Source: Candidatus Onstottus arcticum (lineage in GTDB: Bacteria; Acidobacteriota; Blastocatellia; UBA7656). From it: a stretch of DNA of 64,000 nt. The stretch covers positions 84,209 through 148,208 of the forward strand of contig JBBPIE010000013.1 of NCBI GenBank assembly GCA_038040485.1, read 5' to 3'. A program made the position numbers and the translations under genes. Shown piece by piece: positions 49,626 to 59,606 of the stretch. The notes beneath the pieces are model-generated. The model saw nothing but the letters and a program-made list of their open reading frames with translations. It was not told the DNA's origin and searched no databases. The number at the start of each line of letters is the position of its first letter. Positions within the stretch are counted from its first letter, which is position 1.

Positions 49626-51812
49626 ATGAAGCGACGCGAGTTTATAATCCTAAGCAGCGTAGGAGCTACGAGCGCTTCGCTGCTCTCCGCTTGCGGACAT
49701 CCCGAGGAGAAACTAATCCCGGCTCTCATCCCTGACGACCAATACGTGCCGGGGATCGACTACTGGAAGGCTTCAACTTGCGGGATGTGCCCGGCCGGCT
49801 GCGGGATCATCGTTCGAACTCGCGAGCATAAGGCAAACAAGATCGAAGGCAACCCGCTTCATCCGGTCAATCGCGGAGCGTTGTGCGCGCGGGGACAAGC
49901 GGGGCTCGAAGTGCTTTACAACCCCGACCGCATCAAAGGCCCGATGAAGCGCGTCGGCGAGCGCGGCGAAGGCAAGTGGCAAGAGATCAGTTGGGAACAA
50001 GCAATCGGGACGCTGACAGACATCCTGCGCGAGGCAGGCGATCTTAACCGAGCTTTGTTCATAACCAGCGAGGCTGAGGGAGTGACTGCGCGGGTGGCCA
50101 GCCGATTGATGCAGGCTTGCGGGCAGACCTTTGTGGCTGGGAATCCCCAGCAGACAGAACTGCGGGGCGTTTATCCTGACCTCCTGCGCGGTGTAGTGAA
50201 GCACGGCGAGGCTTCACCCGACATCGCAAACGCTACCTATCTGCTTTCATTCGGCGCGCGCTTTCTGGAAACGTGGAAATCGCCGGTCATGCACTCGCTT
50301 GCTTATGGCGCGTTTCGAACCAGTCACGGCAAGGCGCGCGGAAGATTTGTTCACGTTGAGCCGCGGATGTCGCTAACCGCAGCCAACGCGGACGAATGGA
50401 TTCCCGCGGCGCCCGGCTCCGAAGCGCTCCTCGCGCTGGCGATGGTTCAGGTAATCGTTCGAGAAGGTCTGAACAAGGTGGCTGTATCCGACGATTCGCG
50501 AAGGATGCTCGAGGAATTCTCGCCAGAGAATAATGCCGCAATGATCGATGTTCCGGCCGAGAGAATCATTCGGGTCGCCCGCGCATTTGCCGGGGCGCAA
50601 CGGCCTCTGGCGATCGGAGACTTGCCATCTCCTTCCGACGCCGCGGTTCATCTGCTTAACACGATCGTCGAAAACTTAAACAAACCAGGAGGAGTACTGC
50701 TCTTCGACGTTGGAACCAGATCACCTGACCTCCTTGAGACTCAGGCCAACGCGTCGATCCCCGATGAGCAGCTTAAGAAGCAACCCCCTCGCGATAGCGT
50801 TGATGTCATAAGCCAGTTCTTGCAAACAGCAAAACAGCCCTATCAAATAGTCATGAGCCACGGCTTCAATCCAATGTTGGCGAGAAATGGGCGCGAAGAA
50901 CTACTAGCTGCGCGTTTCATCGTCGGCTTTTCGTCATTCATGGACGAGACGAGTGAAGTGGCCGATCTCATTCTCCCAGATCACAGCTACCTCGAGCGCT
51001 GGGACATACACACGTCGAATGGTCCGGATGGGCGAAAGGTTTTGTCGTTGACCCAACCCGTACTCGAGCCTCAACTCAATACCCGGCACACAGCCGATGT
51101 CTTGCTCTCGCTTGCGCGAGAGATCGGCGGCAAAGTCGGCGAAGCGCTGCCGTTCGAGTCCGCGAAGAACATGATTGAAAAGGGCGCGGGTGACCGCTTG
51201 AAGGATTTCGGCGGCGAGAAGGCTGATGCGGCGTGGCTTGAGCTGACCGAGAAAGGACTGGTTTCGGCCGCGCTGCCACCTGCGAAACCCGAAGCTCCTG
51301 AACAAGGCCCTATCTCGCTCGACTCATTTTTTCTAGGTCTGATCCGCCGGAGTTCCAAATCGGCGAGTAGCGTCGAGTACCCGTTGACTCTACTCGTTTA
51401 CGAACATGCCACACTCGGCGACGGATCAGCAGCCAACTTGCCTTCGATCCAGGAACTACCTGATCCACTGACTTCGGCTATGTGGGGGAGTTGGGTTGAG
51501 ATCAACCCGAAGACCGCCGCAATGATGGGCATTGCTGACGGCGATCTCGTTGAAGTGACAACCGGCACCGGCTCGGTTCGCGTTCCGGCGCTTCTGTACC
51601 CAGGGATCAGGCCCGATTGCGTCGCGCTGCCAACTGGTCAGGGCCATTCGAGCTATGGGAGATACGCGCGTGGTCGCGGGGTGGACGCCGGTGTCCTCCT
51701 TCGCAATAACGGAAAGGGTCCTGTGAGATCGAGACTCACCAAGATCGGAGGTCGCGCTCAGCTCATTCGGTTTGGCACTGAGTTGATGGAACACATGGAA
51801 TCGAAGCGCTAA
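49626..51812 (+). CDS. Molybdopterin-oxidoreductase-family (MopB-like) subunit with a Tat-type signal and lipobox (ActB1/PsrA-like)
   Basis: KRREFII twin-arginine motif, LLSAC lipobox, N-terminal 4Fe-4S Cys cluster CGMCPAGCG...C; 728 aa. Confidence 0.8.
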   Translation: MKRREFIILSSVGATSASLLSACGHPEEKLIPALIPDDQYVPGIDYWKASTCGMCPAGCGIIVRTREHKANKIEGNPLHPVNRGALCARGQAGLEVLYNPDRIKGPMKRVGERGEGKWQEISWEQAIGTLTDILREAGDLNRALFITSEAEGVTARVASRLMQACGQTFVAGNPQQTELRGVYPDLLRGVVKHGEASPDIANATYLLSFGARFLETWKSPVMHSLAYGAFRTSHGKARGRFVHVEPRMSLTAANADEWIPAAPGSEALLALAMVQVIVREGLNKVAVSDDSRRMLEEFSPENNAAMIDVPAERIIRVARAFAGAQRPLAIGDLPSPSDAAVHLLNTIVENLNKPGGVLLFDVGTRSPDLLETQANASIPDEQLKKQPPRDSVDVISQFLQTAKQPYQIVMSHGFNPMLARNGREELLAARFIVGFSSFMDETSEVADLILPDHSYLERWDIHTSNGPDGRKVLSLTQPVLEPQLNTRHTADVLLSLAREIGGKVGEALPFESAKNMIEKGAGDRLKDFGGEKADAAWLELTEKGLVSAALPPAKPEAPEQGPISLDSFFLGLIRRSSKSASSVEYPLTLLVYEHATLGDGSAANLPSIQELPDPLTSAMWGSWVEINPKTAAMMGIADGDLVEVTTGTGSVRVPALLYPGIRPDCVALPTGQGHSSYGRYARGRGVDAGVLLRNNGKGPVRSRLTKIGGRAQLIRFGTELMEHMESKR

Positions 51813-51853
51813 CGTTCCCTGCTCGAGTCGAGCCGGGTGATCAGCTAAGGAAA

Positions 51854-52558
51854 ATGACTGAATCTCAAAACAAGAAGCCTCAATGGGCGATGGTGATCGA
51901 CCTCGATCGCTGCACCGGATGTGAAGCTTGCGTTGTGGCTTGCCGTGTCGAGAACAACATCCCAACCGTCGGACCTGAAGAAGCCGCGAAGGGACGCTCG
52001 ATCAACTGGATTCGAGTCGAGCGCTACTTCGAAGGCGAATACCCCGATGTGAAGGCCAGGTTCATGCCGGTCTTGTGTCAGCACTGCGAGGAAGCTCCGT
52101 GCGAGCCGGTGTGTCCGGTCTACGCGACGTATCACACCGACGAAGGTTTGAACGCGCAGGTCTACAACCGCTGTGTCGGGACTCGGTACTGCGCGAACAA
52201 CTGCCCGTACACCGTTCGCTTCTTCAACTTCTTCGATCCGGTCTGGGACGCGCCGCTGGAAAAGGCTTTGAACCCGGAAGTGTCGGTGCGAACCGGCGGT
52301 GTGATGGAGAAGTGCACCTTCTGCATTCAACGCATTCGCAAGGGCGAAGACAAAGCCAAAGACGAAGGCCGCGAGGTGCGCGACGGCGACGTCACGCCGG
52401 CGTGTGTTCAGACCTGCGAGACGAAGGCTATGTACTTCGGCAACATCGCCGATCCGGAGAGCGAAGTTTCGAAGCTGTCGAAGAGCAATCGAGCGACACG
52501 GTTGCTCGAAGAGCTGGGAACAAAACCGCGCGTGATCTATTTGAACAAAGGCGATTGA
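51854..52558 (+). CDS. 4Fe-4S ferredoxin-type iron-sulfur subunit (ActB2/PsrB/NrfC-like)
   Basis: Four Cys clusters (CTGCEACVVAC, CQHCEEAPCEPVCP, CVGTRYCANNCP, CTFC...C). Confidence 0.85.
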   Translation: MTESQNKKPQWAMVIDLDRCTGCEACVVACRVENNIPTVGPEEAAKGRSINWIRVERYFEGEYPDVKARFMPVLCQHCEEAPCEPVCPVYATYHTDEGLNAQVYNRCVGTRYCANNCPYTVRFFNFFDPVWDAPLEKALNPEVSVRTGGVMEKCTFCIQRIRKGEDKAKDEGREVRDGDVTPACVQTCETKAMYFGNIADPESEVSKLSKSNRATRLLEELGTKPRVIYLNKGD

Positions 52559-52730
52559 GCAGAGTGAATACCGGTTCGGGAAAGCGAATTTGTTTACGGC
52601 CAGTTCAAAAGCAGTGATTGATTGCATAGCCAGCGCAAGGCTCGTATGATCGCCTCCATAGCGGCCCAGTCCGATTTATTTGCAGAGCCTGGACTGCGCA
52701 AGATCGAACTGAGCGTCTCTTCAACGCCTG

Positions 52731-54434
52731 ATGCCAAGTATAAGGAGAAACGTAATGCGCGCGCGCAATCGCATCACCATCTTCATCGCAATCCTTTTTG
52801 TAGCAGCAACCGGCGCGCATGCCCAATCCGGCGCGCAAGATCAAAAAGCAACGTGCTCCGTCACGGGCACAGTCACTAAAAGTGGCAAGCCTGCGCGCGG
52901 CGTCAAGGTTGTAGCGGTGCGAAATTCTGCTTACGAGCCTTTGGCAGTTGATCTCACTGACGCAGACGGTCATTACCATTTGAAAGGTATCCCACCGGGT
53001 CCTTGCGAGATTACGCTCGACGCGCCGGCCTCCGCAATCAAGAACCAAAACGAGTCCCTCATGCTGGACGAAGGGGAAAACATCGAAGGCATTGACCTGG
53101 AGATAAGGCCGGGCGGCGTCATCACAGGGCGCGTCACTGAAGCTAACGGGCGACCGATGATTGATGTGACCGTAGGTCTCCCTCCTTCCTGGAAAGCCAA
53201 GACAGATGATCGCGGCATGTATCGCGCTTATGGATTGCCGCCAGGTCGCTACAAAGTGAGCGTAGCTAGAAACCCCATGGATGGCAGCCAAGTTGATTTT
53301 CCGAAGACTTACTATCCGAGCGTCACCAATGAATCGAAGGCAGAAACCGTTGAAGTCGCGACGGGCGCTGAGGTGACAAACATTGATATAAAGGTCAAAC
53401 GACCTTCCAAAGATATCACGAAGACCTATGCAGTCACCGGGCGCATCGTTAATGCGGAAACCGGAAGCCCACTTCCTAAAGTCGATCTCATTTGCCAGGA
53501 GAAACCCAATCTTGAAGATAACCAGGACGTAGATTTCGCGGAATTGTTTAGTTGTGTCGCGGAAAGTGATTCCAAAGGCGAGTTTCGCATGGACGGTCTT
53601 CCTCCTGGAAAATACAAGATCGAAGCGTATACCAAAAGTGATTCTCCGTGGTATGGCAAGGAGTTAGCGTTTGAAATCTCAAACGCAGATATTAAAGGAC
53701 TGGAAATAAGAGTTCATCGCGCCGGAAGCATCGGCGGCGTTGTAGTCCTCGAAGGCGCAAACGATCCGGCAACCATTGCCAGGTTATCGCCCTTGAGAAT
53801 CAGCGCAAGCCCGGCGGACGCGTTCACCGAGACTTCAAACAAAGACGGATCATTTCGCCTCACAGGAGTCAAGCCGGGCAGTCATAGTATTCGTATCCAC
53901 TCAGTCAGTACGAGCGAGGACTTAGAGATCATCGGAATAGAGCGTGACGGAGTTCGGCTCGACAAAGTTGAGGAGATAGTGGAAGGGATTGAAGTCCGAG
54001 ACAGGGAGATTGAAGTCGGACCCGGCGAGAACGTTTCAGGCGTGCGGGTAGTGGTCGCTTGGTATCAAGGCGTTGTGCGCGGGCAAATCAAAATCGAAGG
54101 CGGCACGCTGCCTAAAGGCGCTCGCCTGAACTTGTGGGCTATTCCTGCCAATAAGCTCAAACAAGATGGCTCCTGGCCATACAATAGGACGTTGGCTTTT
54201 TTAAGCCAGATGAGAACGGGGAGCATGGATGCGCGCGGGCGCTTTGTAATTGAGCGTCTGCCGCCAGGTGAGTATGGAATAATCCTCGATGCCTACCTCA
54301 CTCCGCTAAAGAACGATGTCGTTATTGAGCCATCATTGACTCTCACAAGAATCATTTCACTAACCGAAGGGGCGGAGGTTGAAATAACGCTCGTCCTTGA
54401 TTTGAGCAAGAAGCCGCAGGAGAAGCAACAATGA
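52731..54434 (+). CDS. Secreted protein with multiple carboxypeptidase-regulatory-like (CarboxypepD_reg) beta-sandwich domains
   Basis: Signal peptide; repeated (V/I)xGxVxxxxGxPxxxVxV...DGxYx..GLPPGxY pattern. Confidence 0.65.
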   Translation: MPSIRRNVMRARNRITIFIAILFVAATGAHAQSGAQDQKATCSVTGTVTKSGKPARGVKVVAVRNSAYEPLAVDLTDADGHYHLKGIPPGPCEITLDAPASAIKNQNESLMLDEGENIEGIDLEIRPGGVITGRVTEANGRPMIDVTVGLPPSWKAKTDDRGMYRAYGLPPGRYKVSVARNPMDGSQVDFPKTYYPSVTNESKAETVEVATGAEVTNIDIKVKRPSKDITKTYAVTGRIVNAETGSPLPKVDLICQEKPNLEDNQDVDFAELFSCVAESDSKGEFRMDGLPPGKYKIEAYTKSDSPWYGKELAFEISNADIKGLEIRVHRAGSIGGVVVLEGANDPATIARLSPLRISASPADAFTETSNKDGSFRLTGVKPGSHSIRIHSVSTSEDLEIIGIERDGVRLDKVEEIVEGIEVRDREIEVGPGENVSGVRVVVAWYQGVVRGQIKIEGGTLPKGARLNLWAIPANKLKQDGSWPYNRTLAFLSQMRTGSMDARGRFVIERLPPGEYGIILDAYLTPLKNDVVIEPSLTLTRIISLTEGAEVEITLVLDLSKKPQEKQQ

Positions 54435-56260
54435 CTTTGAAGCTCGCGCGGCAAAGCCCGAACATGCTTTTTTCCGGCGTTGAGTCTTGCCGCGCCCTAC
54501 CAGCGTTGTGCTCCTTGCTATTGATGCTCGCTGCCTTCATTGATACAGGGCAATCGCAGGTTTTGCCTGCTCGAAGAAGAGACGCTTCAAATCAACCGTC
54601 TCAAAAACGCGCAGGCTCGATAAGCGGGCGCGTCACGGATGAATCCGGTCGGCCATTTCCTAACGTCGTCGTTAATGTGAGGCCAGTCAATGGAACCATT
54701 GAAGAATACAAACACGTTGGCACCGATGACGAAGGCAGCTTTCAACTGAACGGCCTGCCGTCAAAGTCCTATTTTGTGTGGTGCTCCGCAGCAGGTTACG
54801 TCGAAGATAACAAAGATGGATCGAGCGCCTATCACGTCACAGGCGACTTCGTAACGCTCAAGCTGCGCAAAGGCGGAGTAATAACAGGCGCAGTTACAAA
54901 TTCGTCAGGCGAGCCACTGGGAAAAGCGAAAGTAGTCGCCATTCGGGTGCGCGACTCGGAACGTCGTGCCCTTCGTTTTACCTACGGCGTTGAAACAGAT
55001 GATCGCGGCATCTACAGAATCTACGGGCTCGGATCAGGCTCTTACCTGCTGATGGTCAATCAAATCGGTGAATACCAAGATCAAGACCTCCGCAATAAGA
55101 TTCCCATTTATTACCCTTCGTCCGGGCGCGACGATGCGCAAGAGGTAAAACTGAGTCTCGGCGAAGAAGCGAGCGGGATAAACATAACCTATCGAAGCGA
55201 GCGGGGGCATATCGTCAGCGGCAAATGTTCCGGCGCTGCTCAGGGAGGATCTACTGAAGGAGGTTCTTTGAGGCTCATACACGCTAAGAGCGGGGCAATT
55301 CGGACCACCAGTTGGGCGGGTAACCAAGAGAATCCCTCTTTCGCTTTTTATGGCGTGCCGGATGGAGACTATTATTTGATAGCTCAAGACCGTTCCTGGG
55401 ACCCGGAGGCGGCCTCGCAACCACGGCTGATCTCGGTTAAGGGCACCGATGTGACCGGAATTGAACTCAAGCTTCTTCCGTTTGGCTCGATTGCCGGGCA
55501 TATCGTCATGGAAGTCTCGCCGAAAGCGAAGCGCAAACCGGAGTGCAAACCCGCGCGAAAAGCATCGGTTGAAGAAACTGTTGTTAAAGGCTTGCGCAAT
55601 GACAAAGCCGCTCCCAAAGATCGTTTCGCTTTATTTTTCGATTCTGTTACATCGGGCGCCCCGGACGAAAGAGGCGATTTCTTTCTCGAAAGCCTTCCTC
55701 CGGGACAGTATCGCCTGAAAATGAAGCTAGTCAACGAAGACCTTTATGCGCGCGCCGTGACAATGCCTAAGACCGGCAGACAGCCCGGTGATGCGGCGCG
55801 AAATGACATCGCGCTCAAATCGGGAGAGCACGTAAAGGGAGTAATCATCAACGTTGCGGAAGGCGCGGCCAGCATTCGTGGGCGCGTCGCTGCTTCGGAT
55901 GAAAAAGCGAAATTGCCCGCACGGCTCCGCGCGCACCTTGTGCCTTTCGAGCGTGAGAACGCCGGCAATGCCGAGCGATTCGCCGAAACTGACACCGAGA
56001 GCGATGGCGCATTCGCTTTCGCAAATATCGCTCCGGGTCGCTACTGGCTGCTTGTTCGCCCGATTGCTGACAATGAAAGACAGGAAGCGACCTGGCCGGT
56101 AGCGTGGGACGTGGCGGGCCGCTCTGCGCTTCGCCGCGAGGCAGAGGCTGCAAACATTGCGGTTGATTTGCAGCGCTGTGCGCGCATCACTAATTACCTG
56201 ATGCGCTATCGGCCATCGCTTACGGTGACCAGGCCTGCATCCGGAAAGACAAAGCAATAA
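54431..56260 (+). CDS. Secreted protein with multiple CarboxypepD_reg-like domains (paralog of the preceding gene)
   Basis: Same repeat pattern (ISGRVTDESGRPFPNVVV, GAVTNSSGEPLGKAKV, YRIYGLGSGSY); 4-bp overlap with the upstream gene. Confidence 0.65.
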   Translation: MTLKLARQSPNMLFSGVESCRALPALCSLLLMLAAFIDTGQSQVLPARRRDASNQPSQKRAGSISGRVTDESGRPFPNVVVNVRPVNGTIEEYKHVGTDDEGSFQLNGLPSKSYFVWCSAAGYVEDNKDGSSAYHVTGDFVTLKLRKGGVITGAVTNSSGEPLGKAKVVAIRVRDSERRALRFTYGVETDDRGIYRIYGLGSGSYLLMVNQIGEYQDQDLRNKIPIYYPSSGRDDAQEVKLSLGEEASGINITYRSERGHIVSGKCSGAAQGGSTEGGSLRLIHAKSGAIRTTSWAGNQENPSFAFYGVPDGDYYLIAQDRSWDPEAASQPRLISVKGTDVTGIELKLLPFGSIAGHIVMEVSPKAKRKPECKPARKASVEETVVKGLRNDKAAPKDRFALFFDSVTSGAPDERGDFFLESLPPGQYRLKMKLVNEDLYARAVTMPKTGRQPGDAARNDIALKSGEHVKGVIINVAEGAASIRGRVAASDEKAKLPARLRAHLVPFERENAGNAERFAETDTESDGAFAFANIAPGRYWLLVRPIADNERQEATWPVAWDVAGRSALRREAEAANIAVDLQRCARITNYLMRYRPSLTVTRPASGKTKQ

Positions 56261-56268
56261 GCGGGAAA

Positions 56269-57627
56269 TTGGCCAATAGACCAACAGACGTGAAGATCGA
56301 CCAGGACCTTCTCAGGCCTGTTCTAAATACCGGGCGTGGCTGGTATATCACCGTCGCGCTGAGTGGGGCGGTGTTCCTGGCGGCGCTCGGGGCTTTCGGC
56401 TATCAGGTTTCGAGCGGCATCGGCGTGTGGGGAATCAACCGGCCGGTGATGTGGGCCTTCGACATAACGAGCTTCGTCTTCTGGATAGGCATCTCGCACG
56501 CGGGCACGTTGATCTCGGCGATCTTGCGAGTCACGGGCGCCGAGTGGCGAAGACCCATCACTCGTTGCGCTGAAGCGATAACCGTGTTCGCGCTCATGAT
56601 CGGCGCGATGTTTCCGATCATCCATCTCGGGCGGCCGTGGTTGTTTTATTGGCTGGTGCCTTATCCGAACGAGCGCGGGCTGTGGCCGAACTTCCGCTCG
56701 CCGCTGGCCTGGGACTTCTTCGCGATCAACACATATCTGCTTGGGTCGATCATCTACTTGTACCTGCCGCTGATTCCTGATCTCGCGTTGATTCGCGACC
56801 GGTCGAAAGGTCTGCGCAAGCGAATCTACGGCGCACTGAGTCTTGGATGGCGAGGCACTCAGCTTCAGTGGGCAAGGCTCGAGAAAGCCGTGCAGGTGAT
56901 GGCAGTCATCATCATTCCAGTCGCGGTTTCCGTTCACACAATCGTCTCGTGGGACTTTGCGATGACGATTCGTCCGATGTGGCACTCGACGATCTTTGGC
57001 CCGTACTTCGTCGCAGGCGCAATCTTCTCGGGCATAGCCGCGCTGATTCTCGCCATGGGAGTCATCCGGCGTGCGTTTCATCTCGAAGAGTATTTGCGTC
57101 CCGTTCACTTCAACAACCTCGGGCTGTTGTTGCTGACGATGAGCCTGATTTGGTTCTACTTCACGTTCTCCGAATACCTGACGGTGTGGTATGGCAACGA
57201 GCCGGCCGAGATGGCCGTGTTCCGCTCGAAGATCAGCGGCTCATACTCTCCAATGTTCTGGGCGATGGTCGTGTGCTGCTTTATCATCCCGGCGCCGCTG
57301 CTCGCCTTCAAGCGATTGAGGACGATCCGCGGAACAGTGATCGCCTCGGCGCTGGTAGTAGCCGGAATGTGGATCGAGCGATTCCTGATCATCGTGCCCA
57401 CGCTTGCGAAACCGGAACTGAGCTTCAACTGGGGCTCGTACCGGCCGACCTGGGTTGAAGTCACCCTCGCATGCGGGACGTTGGGATATTTTGTTTTGTT
57501 GTACGCGTTGTTTACAAAGCTGTTTCCGATCATCGCTGTGTGGGAATACAAGGAAGGACTGCCGCTTGGCGAGCACGGAGAGGCAACAGCCGTCAGCTCG
57601 CCTGAAGTGGGATTCGAGAACGCCTGA
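56269..57627 (+). CDS. NrfD/PsrC-family integral membrane quinone-interacting subunit (ActC-like)
   Basis: About 10 TM helices; NrfD-like length and pattern. Confidence 0.85.
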   Translation: MANRPTDVKIDQDLLRPVLNTGRGWYITVALSGAVFLAALGAFGYQVSSGIGVWGINRPVMWAFDITSFVFWIGISHAGTLISAILRVTGAEWRRPITRCAEAITVFALMIGAMFPIIHLGRPWLFYWLVPYPNERGLWPNFRSPLAWDFFAINTYLLGSIIYLYLPLIPDLALIRDRSKGLRKRIYGALSLGWRGTQLQWARLEKAVQVMAVIIIPVAVSVHTIVSWDFAMTIRPMWHSTIFGPYFVAGAIFSGIAALILAMGVIRRAFHLEEYLRPVHFNNLGLLLLTMSLIWFYFTFSEYLTVWYGNEPAEMAVFRSKISGSYSPMFWAMVVCCFIIPAPLLAFKRLRTIRGTVIASALVVAGMWIERFLIIVPTLAKPELSFNWGSYRPTWVEVTLACGTLGYFVLLYALFTKLFPIIAVWEYKEGLPLGEHGEATAVSSPEVGFENA

Positions 57628-57632
57628 AGAGT

Positions 57633-58091
57633 ATGGCTGAACCAAAGATCGCGATTTTTGATACACGAGACGAAGCGCTTGCGGCGTTGCGCGAGCTCCG
57701 GCGCGAGGGCGTGCCCGGCTCGTCGATCACGGTTATGTCTTCGGAGCCGTTGCATCTTGAAACGGACGGGGGGCCGAAGAGCCGGATCGCGGGCTTCGCG
57801 ATCGGCGGCGGATTGATCGGAGCGGCGTTCGCGCTGGTGCTTACGATCTGGACATCACGGCAGGTTGGTCTTGTTACAGGTGGAATGCCGATCGTGTCGC
57901 CTTGGGCGTTTGGAATAATTGTCTTCGAGTTAACGGCTCTCGGCGCAATACTTGCCACCTTTGCACGGATGATCTTCGAGGCCGGATTGCTGAGACGAAA
58001 AGCCTCAACCGATTACGATGATGCGGTAGCGAACGGAAAGGTCGTTGTGTCAATCGCGAGGGGAGATGAAACCACAGATAAACACAGATGA
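57633..58091 (+). CDS. DUF3341-family membrane protein (ActD-like)
   Basis: N-terminal cytoplasmic alpha/beta segment followed by two TM helices with the WTSRQVGLVTGGMPIVSPWAF pattern typical of DUF3341. Confidence 0.65.
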   Translation: MAEPKIAIFDTRDEALAALRELRREGVPGSSITVMSSEPLHLETDGGPKSRIAGFAIGGGLIGAAFALVLTIWTSRQVGLVTGGMPIVSPWAFGIIVFELTALGAILATFARMIFEAGLLRRKASTDYDDAVANGKVVVSIARGDETTDKHR

Positions 58092-58164
58092 ACACGAATG
58101 GAAGTGGTTGAGGTACGTTCTCCTCCCTCTCTTCATCGGTGTTTATCTGTGTTCATCTGTGGTT
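58069..58164. repeat. Hairpin whose arms are tandem decamers (ACAGATAAAC / ACAGATGAAC), between convergent actD-like and acyl-CoA dehydrogenase genes, overlapping the actD stop
   Basis: aaccacagataaacacagatgaacac ... gtgtttatctgtgttcatctgtggtt. Confidence 0.75.
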
Positions 58165-58173
58165 GCATTTCTG

Positions 58174-59331
58174 CTAGGCTGACGCGCCTTCGCGGATTAG
58201 CGCGCGGCCGATCACCATCCGCTGAATCTGGTTTGTGCCTTCGTAGATCTGAGTGATCTTCGCGTCGCGCATGTACTTCTCGATCGGGTAATCCCGGCAG
58301 AAGCCATACCCGCCGAACAACTGCACTGCGTCCGTAGCCACGCTCATCGCTGTGTCGGTCGCGAATACTTTGCACATCGCTGATATTTTCGAGACGTCCT
58401 TGACGCCTGCGTCGACCGCACGCGCCGCGGTGTACACCAGATGCCGTGCGGCTTCGACTTGCGTAGCCATGTCGGCAAGCATGAACTGAATGGCCTGGAA
58501 CGACGCGATCGATTGTCCGAACTGCTGCCGGTTCTTTGTGTATTCGAGTGCGAGGTCGAGCGCGCCTTGCGCGATGCCAAGTCCCTGAGCCGCCACGAAC
58601 GGACGCGCGACATCCAGAGTCATCATCGCGTGCTTGAAGCCTCTGCCTTCCGCGCCGCCAAGAAGTTGATCAGCTCCGACCCGACAGTCCTTGAAGTGCG
58701 TCTCGTTCACCGGCACGCAGCGAATCCCCATCAGGTCCTCGCGTTTGCCGATCTCGAAACCCTTCCACCCGCGCTCGACTATGAACCCCGTCACACCGCG
58801 TGTTCCTCGATCCGGATTCACGGTCGCAAACACCGTGAAGATATTCGCCGCCGCGCCGTTGGTCGTCCACTTCTTGTCGCCGTTGATGACGTAGTGGTCG
58901 CCGTCCTTCAAAGCCACCGCTTTCATGCCCCCGGCGTCCGAGCCCGCATCCTTCTCGGAAAGCGCGAAGGCGATCAGATTCTTGCCCGCCGCTATGTCGG
59001 GCAGGTACTTCTTCTTCTGTTCTTCGGTGCCGGCCAGGATGATCGGAAACGAGCCGAGCGCGTTGACGACGTAAGTGCATCCTATGCCGCCGCAAGCGCG
59101 CGAAATCTCTTCGGAGGCGATACAGAGGTTCAACAGGCCTGAACTTTTGCCGCCGTACTCCTTCGGGATCCACATTCCCATCAGGCCGGCTTCTTTGAGC
59201 GCGTTGATGACGCTCCAAGGGTAATCGCCGCTTCGGTCAAGCTCGGCGGCGATCGGCTTGACGTATTGCTGCGCGATGCTTCGCGCAAGGTCGCGGTAGT
59301 AGAGATTGTCTTTCGTTAGTAGTTCGTCCAA
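58174..59331 (-). CDS. Acyl-CoA dehydrogenase (short/medium-chain type)
   Basis: Collinear ACAD-family pattern, including the catalytic Glu region YEGTNQIQRMVIGR. Confidence 0.9.
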   Translation of the reverse strand: MDELLTKDNLYYRDLARSIAQQYVKPIAAELDRSGDYPWSVINALKEAGLMGMWIPKEYGGKSSGLLNLCIASEEISRACGGIGCTYVVNALGSFPIILAGTEEQKKKYLPDIAAGKNLIAFALSEKDAGSDAGGMKAVALKDGDHYVINGDKKWTTNGAAANIFTVFATVNPDRGTRGVTGFIVERGWKGFEIGKREDLMGIRCVPVNETHFKDCRVGADQLLGGAEGRGFKHAMMTLDVARPFVAAQGLGIAQGALDLALEYTKNRQQFGQSIASFQAIQFMLADMATQVEAARHLVYTAARAVDAGVKDVSKISAMCKVFATDTAMSVATDAVQLFGGYGFCRDYPIEKYMRDAKITQIYEGTNQIQRMVIGRALIREGASA

Positions 59332-59478
59332 GGATGAACCTCCTGTTGGGTAGAAGTATCAATATGCGGCGATGCAAAGCGAAGCTTGAGATTGCGGATT
59401 GTATCGGGCGGGAGTTTGCAGCGTCAAACTAGAGTCCCGGGCTAAATTCGTCTTGACTCTTTTCACCCCGGAACGACT

Positions 59479-59557
59479 AACCGCCAAGTCGCAAAGAACG
59501 CCAGATTTCTCATTGAGTTCTCGTTGCTGATCTTGGCGTTCTTGGCGGCTTGGCGGT
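59479..59557. repeat. Hairpin with roughly 28-bp arms containing tandem CTTGGCGG octamers, downstream of the DUF2268-like gene
   Basis: aaccgccaagtcgcaaagaacgccagat ... atcttggcgttcttggcggcttggcggtt. Confidence 0.7.
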
Positions 59558-59606
59558 TTCCCCTGTCAAGCAACACACAAATAGGACAGTACTCAAGCGA
59601 GAGGGA

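Noticed and set aside
51845-52627. 260-aa minus-strand ORF
   Set aside because: Antisense to the 4Fe-4S subunit gene, which has four canonical Cys clusters.
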